Assembly: GCA_002633005.1 (NCBI GenBank)
Contig: NMRA01000243.1
Span: forward strand, 326,280-390,279
Length of the DNA stretch: 64,000 nucleotides
From: Phoronis australis
Lineage: Eukaryota > Animalia > Phoronida
Direction: 5' to 3'
The position numbers were made by a program, and so were the translations under genes. Below, one piece after another: positions 47,801-59,800 of this stretch. The stretch's first letter is position 1; each line of letters opens with the position of its first letter. The notes under the pieces are model-generated. The model had not been told where the DNA came from. It worked only from the letters and a program-made list of their open reading frames with translations, and ran no database searches.

Positions 47801-50800
47801 TTTTACTTGACTTGTTTGTCCCCAATTTATAACAGTAATTGTTAGAATCATATACCATGAACATGCACGTTATAATACTGTCAGATATTGGACTTACATG
47901 GACATGGGTGGCATTGGTCCACCAGGGCCTCCAGGACCCATGCCATTGGGAGGTGGACCCCTCACGTAGTTCTAAAAATATACAACCAGACCCGGTCATC
48001 AGATGAGGTAACAAGCACACCACGGTATATGAAACCTGAAACAGTTCCTAATGATGCCGCAACCTAATCCAGCAAACACTTTAAAGGGACATCATTGGCA
48101 AGAAATGAGATTTTCTGAGATCAGCTTCAGCGCAGAATCCAACCTGCAAACCCATAGTCTATCGCTCTGCCTGGGAAGTTTAATCCCACACAACAAATGG
48201 CAAATTTTTTTAAGCATACTCAAAGGGTAAAGTCACCCACCTTGATTTCAGTCATTGCCAGCAGACAACAACCTTTCTCATCACAGAATCTCAAAATGCA
48301 TTTTTTGGCCTAAAAACCAATGCCTTCTTAACAAATTGAACTAAAACATACCTGGGGTTAACAGGTGAACCTATTCATTAAGACATTGGCTTATTCTTTG
48401 ATGAAACACTGGCATCATAGAACTCGGCATAATTCTCAGTACGTTTTTTGAGAGTGTTGGCTCCTACGCTCAATTTCTCATTATTTATATCAATTTTGAC
48501 TACTGCAGTTGTTTCAGGAAGTCTGAACATGTAACGCGTTGAGTCACTACAGTCATATAGTTTAATATTGTGGAGAGGTCAGAATGTTTCATCAAAGTTA
48601 CAATTGGTTTGACTAAACAAAATATTTACAATTAAGTTTCACCACGAACAAAGAACATGGTGGTCTCTGTAACCTTGGCTGTGGTCTCTGTAACCTAGGC
48701 TGTTCTCTCATCCCCCACGGTCATATTCAATGCTGGTATGAGAAGCGGGGAACAAAAGAACGCCATATGCAAGATACCACCATGAAAATTGTTCCGCATA
48801 CCACCAGCAGCAAAACTCTCCAACACTTATACATCCCGATTTGTTAATACAGTGAAAATTATTTCTAACTAGCATTAAAAAATAGCAATTTTCAAAGGAA
48901 ATTAGGGAAGCACATCAATCTTCCTTTGAAATCACAAAATGTTAAAAGTACGCCATTGTCTGACATGAAGAAGACACTCTCCCGCTGAACACGTTTCAAA
49001 ACCATCGCCTAGCAACGCACAAACAAAAAAAATTGGTGGGAAATACATATCAGCATCATACACAAAACAATTCCGAAGACACAAGAAAAAAACAAATGAA
49101 ATATTCTACCACCCACACGAAATTATCATGCATTGAGACAAATTAATGACTACTAATTGCTACGACAACTTACCGGATTCATTGGTCCAGGCATCCTCCC
49201 AGGCATCCGCTGCATGGGTCCCATACCTGGATGACCTGCAGGAAATAGTGGAACATTTCATTTATCAGGTCCTCTTGACTAAATATACTCCACACTTGAC
49301 AATCAACAATGAACATATGAAAGTAGACGAGGCTTTGTTCGCAAGCAAAATCATACACCCATAGAGTGTTCTTCAAATCTGAAAATCTAAACAGGTCGCA
49401 CGCGTAAAAACTGCAACAAACATGCCGGAATCGTGTGGCAGTCAACGTTCTCCGTAAGCTAGTGTGTACCTTTTTTACCCATGCACTTCAACAGTAATGC
49501 ACAGTATTGCAAACAAATAAATGTTTGTTCAACTTTTTTATTTTTAAAAGGTGGACTTAATTACAAACATATCACACAACCCATTTGTTTAGTACACAAC
49601 TTTGAAATGGAAGTCTACAGACATGTTTCATACAGAATGAGGAAATATTTTATTCAATACTTGTGATGTCAACATCAATGAAGTCCAAAAAGTCTAAGAT
49701 AAAGTAAACTTTTCCCACGAAGGAGACAGGCCAAGTGAGGTTACTTTATAAAGCCAGTCGCAATTGTATGTCTTGGCAGCAGAGTCTAGTACGTTTTCTC
49801 TCAATCCAATGTCGTGCACGGCATTCTTATAGTCAATACCCCAGCCCGCATTTTTTGTCTGAATTCAATGATCGGAAGTTGGTACAACCTTAAACTTCTG
49901 CACTACTAGAATTCTTGTAAATATTGCACAATATCCCTCCAATGTGATATCACAATATCACAATATCCCTCCAATGTGATATCACAATATCCCTCCAATG
50001 TGATATCACAATATCACAATATCCCTCCAATGAATACAAAATAGGTAGCGTAAACAAAACGATCCACGTGCGGGAAAGTTGGGTCTGTTGACGAAAACCA
50101 ATATTTCTAGAAAGATGTAGACTAGGTTGTCAAAAGCTTGCCACTATGGAATTTCCATAACTTTCAGGATTGTCACAAACTCAATGACATTCTTTCAGCT
50201 GAGAACCATCTATTCTCAACTCAAGTTGGAGAGAATTGTAAGAATGCCGATGTCGGATGTTGTCGGCAAAAATTCGGTCCACCGATCATAACATGGAAAT
50301 TTGCAATTCGTTGACAGAGCCCGGCAGTATCACCACCATCCGGATCTGGATTATCTGTCGTATTTGCGTCTGAATCAACGTCAGTATCCGAAATATCTCT
50401 CGGCTTTCAAAACAATCCTTAGCAGTCCTACGCCTTCCCGCGGCAGACGACATTACTTAGTATGTAGAATGCGCATGTCAATCAGTAATGGAAGCCAGGA
50501 TAGAGTTCAATAACGTAAGGTGAGCATGCTATACAAAAAAGTCAGTAAAAACCGAGTACTGCCTTTAAAAATTGAACAATCCTACAAATTTTGTTATTTA
50601 ATACGCAATGAACTTGTATTCGGTCAAAGAAATTGATTTGGGTTTAGCCAACTTATCACTATAAAAGCATGTTTCTTACCCAAATGAGAAGTGACTTTTG
50701 GTCTAGCAAATAACTGTGGTTATTTTTCTAGACCATGCCACCCGATAAATTGACACTTTTCCCACCTGAACTTCTCAAGCAATTACAACCTGTCAGTTAT

Positions 50801-53800
50801 TCCCAAGCACGAAAATCACAATTATTTCGAGTAAAGAACAATTTCACATCAACTTCACAATAGTAAGTGGTCTATAACAATTCTTCACTTATTCAGCACA
50901 TAATATGTACGACAATGGAAGAAACGGCAATTTTGACAATTAATTTTAGTGAGAAATGAGAGGTGAATAGCCATAGCTATTGGCAACCGTAGGCAGGTTT
51001 ATATTTAACTTTTCAAGCCAGTTTATTAAATGGCCAAGGACAGCAGAGAGCAGTCAACTAGCCATATAGTCACCTAACTGTCACTAGAAAGCTCATTGGA
51101 TCCACTTTAACTGTCATTCATCCTGGGGCTGCTTAGTCTGTTATCCAATAACCACTGCAATTTGCAGCGGCCTACTCAGCTGGGCTCCGAGCTAATATTT
51201 TCTAATCGTGATTAATATCCTGCATGTGTTGTGTACCTATTAGATTTACTTTGTCGTTAACGAGTACGCCATACATTGGCCATTCAACTCGCATACGTTC
51301 TCATTAGGGTCGAGATTTATTTAGCTAACACTTCGGGGAAAACTGCCATAATGCACGCACCCGCGTGAAGTCTGTGAGGAGAATAAGTTCTGTGAAGCCT
51401 GTAATGGCTAGTTGATGGCAGGTTTATACAGAGGTTCATGTCACCTAGGGAGACAGATTGACACAGGTGGTCAACATTACCTGGCAAGCCTCAAACAAAC
51501 ACCTGGCAAAATAAGCACCAACTCAAGACACCAACTGAGCGGAAAATCACCATTCCTTGAAAGGTTGCAAGCTGTGAATGTGAAACAAATTGCTCGATGT
51601 TTATAGCAGTTTGTTCCCACGAACATTACCCAGTCCATCATGGGAGAAGATCATGACACTTAGGTGGGAAATAACCGAAGCAGACACATAAGAGGAACAG
51701 AAACCAGGATTCCTCAGTAAATGAAAAGACAGACCAACGGTCACTGAACAGGTAAGGAAGAGGGGTCTGGAGGAATATTGGAAAAAATTTCAAGGAGAAA
51801 GTAGTGTTTGATATATGCAACTGTAGCCATTTTAACAAAAAGTTGCACAATCCAGTATTTGCATCAACACATGCTTCAGAACAGTTGTGCAGAAGAGTGC
51901 AATAACTGGACATTCAAGCTTAAGGCGACTGTTCACAAACGAAATATCTGAAAATGGGACGCAGGAAATTTCCTGATAAGCTCCACTACCAAAGAGGCTC
52001 CGTTTTCATGACTTTTGTTTTGATAACTAGGGATTTTGTTCGTGCACAATATTTTTCAATATGTAACTTACGTCAACTCCTCAATTCTTTTGTTCAGAAT
52101 ATTGGCACTGTACTCAATACCCAATGCCAACAGGAGTTTATCGCAGACAATTCCATCTTAAGATATCTTATTATGGGCAAATGTAAGGTAGATTTTTTGA
52201 AGATATACATTAGGGAAAAATATACATGCCTGAATATTGAAATCTTCCCAAGTTTCATAGGTAATTGGTATCAAAACTGTAACAAATGCAATTTTTCAAC
52301 CATAAAGTCCTAGTGATGTAATGGAACAGACATATATTTGATTGGTTTCAATTTGAGCATAGGCCACAGTATAGACGCATATGGGTACATATCCATCTCT
52401 CAGATATACCCGGGGACGTATATTTAGATCTACTTTTGGTCCTCAAACAAACTGCAAGCTTGTCTTGCTGAAAACTCAGATATTATATCTTTGGTTTGCA
52501 TGTGAAATCATGGCTGGCCATACAAAGGCATGGTTGGCCAATACAAACCCGGCACCGTGCACTGACAAGTTTTAATTTTATCTAGAGCGAAGACATTTTT
52601 ACCATTCCCTCAGCTAATTCCTCACAACTGCATTGTATTCTCACATTCAATAGTCAACTACAGTGGTTCCCGCACTCTGAGAACCAGTTTTCTCCATAGA
52701 ACAACAGGCATAAAACTGGTTCTCNCCCCCCCCCCCCCTGAATTCATAGATTGATTTGACGACTGACAGTGCATGGCATGTTGTATAAAAACAGTCAGCA
52801 CTGGCAGGAATGCTTCCATCTCTGAACAAGCCTAGTTTTCTCACACAAGCCAATGTGTCAAGATAGAGGAGGTATTAACTTGAGTCAACTCTGTATGTAA
52901 CATGCTGGATGAATTTGCAAAGTCAATTTCTTGTTAACACAATCAAAACATGGGAAAATAACATTACAATCGGCGTTCTGTGCATGAGGAAGTGCCCCAG
53001 ATGTTTTTGATATTAGGCATAAAAAGCGTGCCGTAGAAAACAACCTTTCACACAGCAGACAGAATCATTGACACTTTCAACAAACTACCAAAGGTAAGAC
53101 TTCTTTTTAAACCAGCATTTTGGTTTAGCTAGAAAAATAAGAAATAGGTCAATTAATAAGATAAAAAAATCTTGCCATTGCAAAAATGAATTTCTACCGC
53201 TAATAGTTATTAAGGAGTCACCTGTGGATAATGGAGAACAGCTCAATTTTTGAAAAGTTGGTTAACCCCGAGAACTTTCCCTCTCCCCTCAATGACCTGT
53301 TTGGAGTCAGTCGTTTCCTGTCATGTTTTGGAAAGATTTCTCGGCTGCTTTTTGTAGTTCAATGACCAGATTTAAAAATTACGTTTTAGGTAGTAACTGA
53401 AAGGCAAATGTGACTTTGAACAACCTTTTTGATAAATCTTGTCACAAAACTCAGAGGGAGCTGATAATCGAGAAGTTCCCTTGTTGAATTTCAACACCGT
53501 ACAAGCCCATAATTATACCCTACCCTGATAACTGGACTTGTAAAAATAGTGGTAACAGCAATGTAGCAATACTACAATGGTTGAGACGTCACAAATATTT
53601 TGCAGTGTCGATTTGCTAAACATCAGGGCTTGGAATGATCAATGACAAAAAACGCGGAAACTTTTACGGCCCAAATCATGCCCGATAACCAGAATTGAAA
53701 TGGTCAATGTGAATCTTTCCCCGACAAAAATCGGGAGGACTAAAAAAAAACGTTACCACCATCAGAAGCATGCGTCTGCGTCCTTTTAGCTCGCCCGTCC

Positions 53801-56800
53801 ACACATTTTTGGCTGCAGAGCGGCAGTATTTGTGGCCGCGCTTAACAATAACACGTGACGCCATTGAAAATCACACCACGCTGTCCCAGATGCCCCGGCA
53901 ATGTTGACAATTTGCGTTCCTCCGAAACATAAAGAGCAACTTCCGCTTTTCGAGGTGAACGTCGTCTGCAACGCCGCGGTAAGAAAGGAATTTGCCGCGG
54001 AAATTTTATATCAAATCCGATTTTTTTTACGCGGAAATATAAAAAAAGCGGAAAGCACATTTGAAAAAAGCGGAAATCCGCGTTTCCGCGGAAAATTCCA
54101 AGCCCTGAAACATGGCACACAACTCCTTCGATAAAATTGTCTTATCCCACAATTATTGACCTAATTTTTATGACGTCCTGTAAATTCTGTGTAAAAACCT
54201 GCAGTGTATAAGCATAGAGACAAGAATATCAGAAAATATCAGTTGCAAAACTATCACGTAAATTGTACGCAACATGAAACTTTGATTACTACACAAAGAC
54301 TAGTCACTCAATCACGCAGGCCAAACAAATGAAATTCGCTTCAATATAATTAAATAATGGAAGCCAGATTGGGAGAAAAAACAATTTTACGTTCTGCGCT
54401 TTATTAAGTCGATTTTGTTGCTCAAAACGCATCAATTTTCACGTTTCAATCATTTCAGAAAAAAGCCCCTGGGTGTATAACGAGGTTATTGCTTAATAAA
54501 GACGGCACCCCGCAGCAACGCTAGACCGATGCAACCTCAGCCCTGGGCGAGTGGTGAGAATTTTCAAAGCCAGTGCCAAACTACGTCGGACCAGCCAGTG
54601 AGAGCCGACTAATTTTCTCGACAATGCAGCATGCAGATTACATTAGGGAAAAAACCGGGTTAATCCCGATTCTTCGTCAATTACCATAGTAATCTGGCAA
54701 TGGTTTATAGTTACCCTAGCTGTGCTTTCATCTGTTTTTCCCATAAGTCTGTTTTATTTAGTAACGCCAACACAGGCATACCTCAGCTGCTGGGGCCAAA
54801 TAATGAGACTCACAGGGAGCCATGTGTGCGGAGAATGCAGTGTGTCAGCCCTGTGGCATGGAATAATGATCAATAACCTGTAGTGCGTGGATAATCACAG
54901 GACTGTTACAAGAACCAAAGGGTTACAAGTTTTCCCAATCCAGTTGGATGTGTTAAGAGAAACATAGTGAGGATAAAGGTATTAGGAGGAACGTAGTGAT
55001 GGTTTGCCACGGAGGAAGATAGCGCTCCATGGATATGTGTGGAATAGTGTAAGGCATGGGAGTACAGAATGACTTCAAAGGCTAGGAGGCAACAGCATGA
55101 CCACCTGTTTGGGAATGTGCAACTCTTTCACCAAGGAACAACAAACAGGTGCCCCCAACTCAACAGACAAGATTCAATTCTACAAGGTAAGTAAACTGAC
55201 ATAAGATGGACTAACTGGTGTAAAAATACTTTTTGTTCAACCATCAAAATTGATGTCGCTACGTTTTTAACAAAGTTGAATGCCACCCGTAGGCTGTCGC
55301 AAGAAATGTTATTAACCACGTGTATTTCATAGAAGTTATAGCATTAGGCATGTGCATGTCAAAGTTCTTTATTTATCTGCAAAAAAACTACCATGCCTAT
55401 CTAAGCTTTTGCAAATTTAACACGTTTTAACTCAAAACCAACTTAAAACGTTCCAGTTTAACTTATTCAAAGTGGCTCTAAACCAACTTTCCATCAAAAA
55501 ATTGACACAGACGCGCAAAAAATAAACACTGATCTTGAGTTTGCCCTGAAGTACAAGGGAAACATAAGACGCACGGCTCCAAGGTTAAAAACACAACTTT
55601 CTTCACGGGTGTGTTTCTTCTCTATGAATTAAAATTGGTTACTATGGATCACCTAGGATTCCCCAACAGCCATACTAGCTGAGACTGAAACTAACTCACT
55701 GTGACCAAGCAACTTATGGGGGATTGGTCTGAAAACATAACGAACTAACAACCCTTTCCAATCTGAGCTAGAAACAAGATCTGATCGATTTTTAACATCA
55801 AAAGCCCAGATCAAAAGTTAGTTTTGGGCATACAGCGGCGTGGGTTTACAGCCCTTCAGGTTCAGGTTTACAACAGCGCCTTCAATGAGACGAGATGAGA
55901 TTCCTGTCCATTATTGATAGAGCCAACTGAGAGAGATGGTTCGAAAGTCGTTTTGTATAAGCCTTCACTGCACTCCGTTAGTTTTGTTTCAAAATGTTGA
56001 TATCGCCGCAGTAGATAAGGTAGAAGACAGTACTCTTAGAGCTAATGAGCCTGCTTTGGTGAACAACAAAGCTGAAATTCAAGTTAACATTATTTTTGTT
56101 TGGTACACATCGAAATGAATTTTGACTTTTGACTCGGCTACAAAAAATCCCAAAGCTGCGTGTCCTTGCATTCGCTGACAACAATCGCTGAAAAATTTAA
56201 ATGGTGTTGTCACAAACAGTCTTTAATCAACATTGGCAACCAAATATCAATAAGCTCAACTTTGGACAAAACAAGACTTTGAGAAAATGTAAAATATGGT
56301 CAAGTTTCAGTTACACACAATTCAAAATCTAACACAGATGGTAAAACATTGTAGAAAAGATTAAGCAACATCAGTCGAGAGGTGTAAAAACTAATAAGTC
56401 ACGAATAGTTTCTGAAGGCATAATGGACATGTTCAATTATCCTGGGGATGACTGTTTATTAAAAAACAACCCTGAGTAGAGTAACAAAGGCAGTCCATGA
56501 TTTTACAATGACAAGTAACATGGATGAATACTATGATGCAGCCCTACGCCAGACTAATTATACTCCGCCTGTATAACAGCGATATAGTACATGCCCTTTA
56601 GACATTAGGATCAGACTATAACCGGTCAACTGATGGGCAATGCTAATTATTTCTTCATGCAGTCACTAATGAAAGGCAAATGTGTCACAATGAAGGGGGA
56701 GAGACTGCCGCTGTCATAGGTCCTTGTAAAGGAATGTCATGCACTTGGCGTGCGTTGCATAGACACGAGAACCTCGTGAAGACCCGAGATCACACGAGAC

Positions 56801-59800
56801 ATGGCCATAAATCACAAAGGAAGCATGTGACCCCACTATCGTAGTTAACGAGATTTTGCATCAACAGAATTCAGATCTCGTCGTACCAGTCGCTTTGCTA
56901 TATGGTAACTCCTCAGTTATTTCACACAAAACCAACCCTTAAATCTGTTATTTTCCGACTACCATCCAACGAAAAAATAAAATTCTTCATGAAGTTCCGG
57001 TTTAATGACATCTATAAAAATCAACACTGTAAATTTGTGTATTTAGGCTCACACGCTTTTATCAAATATATTGTTTTTTCGAAACATTATTTTTGTTCAA
57101 GTGTTCTCCACAAAGGCATATGTGCACAGTGGGATGTTCCTGTACATGCGCTTGTCTAGGAAAGGGTTCTTTAAAAGTGGGGTGTTCACTCGTATTTTGC
57201 AAGTCAGTGCACTTATGTCTAATTCTGTATATAAGCACAGAACAGTCTGAACGCATGAATGGTAGGTAATAATGAAACAGAATTTTAATGTTTATCATTC
57301 TTGAGGAATTCGATATAGTTTTTCATTATTTGCCACCAAAGAGTGCTAAAAACGGAATGGATGGTCGTAAGGAGCAATATTCTGTTATTGGACCTGATTG
57401 GGCACGAAACTTATTCTTCCTTGTCCATACATTCGAACTCAACACGTGATACATAATTTACAATTATACAAACAACTTAGTCATAACTTCTCTACACGCT
57501 AAATTCACCCAAAGACGGGATATAAATTAGATCCAAGCGACCGACTTCATCAAGTCAACTAAAAAACGAAGTCAGCTCAGCTCACTGAATTTTCGTTAAC
57601 ACTAGGGGATTAATTTGGATTTTGAATCAAATCAAGGAACACCACTCGAAGTTTGACAGAATCACGTACAGCGTAATGAAAAAACAGATGAATGATTGCC
57701 AGATAATGGGCACAGCCTCTCGTGAGTTTGTAGAGACAATTCGCACAAGAGTACGTACACAGTCATTCTAACGTTAACACATAATTAAAAGGCAGTTCTA
57801 GGTTAATCTTTATGTATGCTGGCATTTTTAAGAGACTATCACTGCGACGTTTGTTTACGTTTCTTCCTTACAGCTGTTGGCACTGGTTAAATTCAGAATA
57901 ATCATAAGAAGTGTATTCAAAACACTCTTGAGACCAATGTACTTAACTAATGACCTTCTAATCGGATAGAGAAACAAACCGATGGACCACACGGGAAACA
58001 AACGTGGCAATCGAAAATAAAGTAAACACGACTCTGCCTTCCGTCAAAAATAATTTGTGATTTTCATGGCTTGCAGTCGTTAAATCGGTTCCAACTTCTG
58101 GGTTACCGGAGAGTAAGCCAGATTTCTATGCTTAGACAGAAATGACAGTTTGTCTGTGCTCGAGACCAGGATATACAAGTTGGCTGGTCACCGTGCCGCT
58201 CGTGGTCTCAAGCACTAGCGAGCTGCCAGTTCTTTGCAGGGCCAGGGAATGCTTCTCACACAAGTATGGACCGATCTGAATCGTTTTTATAGTAGAAAGT
58301 AGTCTCAATTGGAAGCTCACTTGCTGGACGGAATGCAGGTCCAAAGTATTGACAACAACTTTACCTATAGCCATTATTTGAATGATCTAATGACAGAGGG
58401 ATTTGTTAAGTGAGACAATTTCCTAACAAAATGCACGTAATTTCACACAAATTAACTCCAACAAAGCATAGCGAGCACGTTCCTGGAACGGTAAATATGA
58501 CCAGGAAATGAAAAATGGATGTAGTTAGACTTTAATTGCTCATAAAATCAATTTTTAATTAGCACAATAAACAATTCCATGAACCATTTGTCTAATTTCT
58601 TGGTTTTAGCGGATGTAAGCGATTAAACCATTTGTAACACTGCAACTAAGTTGATTACTCTTAAAGGTTTATTCATATATACAACAATTTCCTCCAGGCA
58701 CAACTACATGTGTGCACTAATACTTTCAACATGTTAACACCTATCAGCACAAGGAAGACATTATTTGAGTGAACTTGGAAAACATGTTAGAAGCAGACTG
58801 TAAGTATTTTCTGTCAGTGTTAAGTTAGTTGGACAGTGCTTTGTTGATCACATAGATCTACATTGACTCTCGCAAGCACACCCTTCATTCATTCCCAGAA
58901 CTTACCCGGTGACATGCCCGGCCGCACGTCCATATTATTTGGTACTGGCATCTGACCACCTGATATGCTGCCTGGGGGCTGAAATGTAGGGAGACACCTA
59001 TTGATCAACTACGAAAGCAATACAGGGTACCAGCAAATTTCAAACACAGACAGCAGAGCCATCTATTGACGCAAAAGTGAAACAACAATTGAAGATGAAG
59101 TGATCAACCTAAGGTAAGTAAATATTTTTTACATGTTACTAACATTGCATAAAAACCTACATGCGTGTATTTAAAGGTCATCAATGCATCCAAACTACTT
59201 ATTTTCTGCCTATTTTGCAATTTCTACATCATTTTACTTGTCACATACAAATATCAAAAGTAGAAAAAATTGAGTTATTGATGAACTTGTGAAATGTAAA
59301 CACTGTTTTGTTTCTGCGTTTACAAAAACACACCTCCATAACACTGTTGACCTTGTGCACCCGCAGCACCATGTGAACAAGCAACAATCGAGGTCAGAAG
59401 GTCATAATGAAATGTTTATGCTTGTTAAAAACAAACAAATCACAACTCCAAATGTAGTTTGTGCAGCATTTTGCCACAGATTTGCAGCGCTTGTTCAGGA
59501 ATCTTAAAATGGTAAGATGATAGCGGTTTTGTGAAGAAAGTGAGCGATATTAACAAATTTTGCAGAAAATCATTATGCGTCGATAGCCTTAAGCCCATGT
59601 GTCTTTAACGGAAATAATACTGTTCTTTTTTCAAATTTCTTTGTTCAAGAGTCTTGCATACAGGGGCATGTGCCCAAGCCTCACTGATAGGTATAAACAG
59701 TTATCCCGTGTGTATGTGCATGTCTCATGTTTGGTGTATTTTGTGTTTCTACCGTTCTCAGCATGACAAAAGTAATCGACCAAAATACGAAATACTGTTC

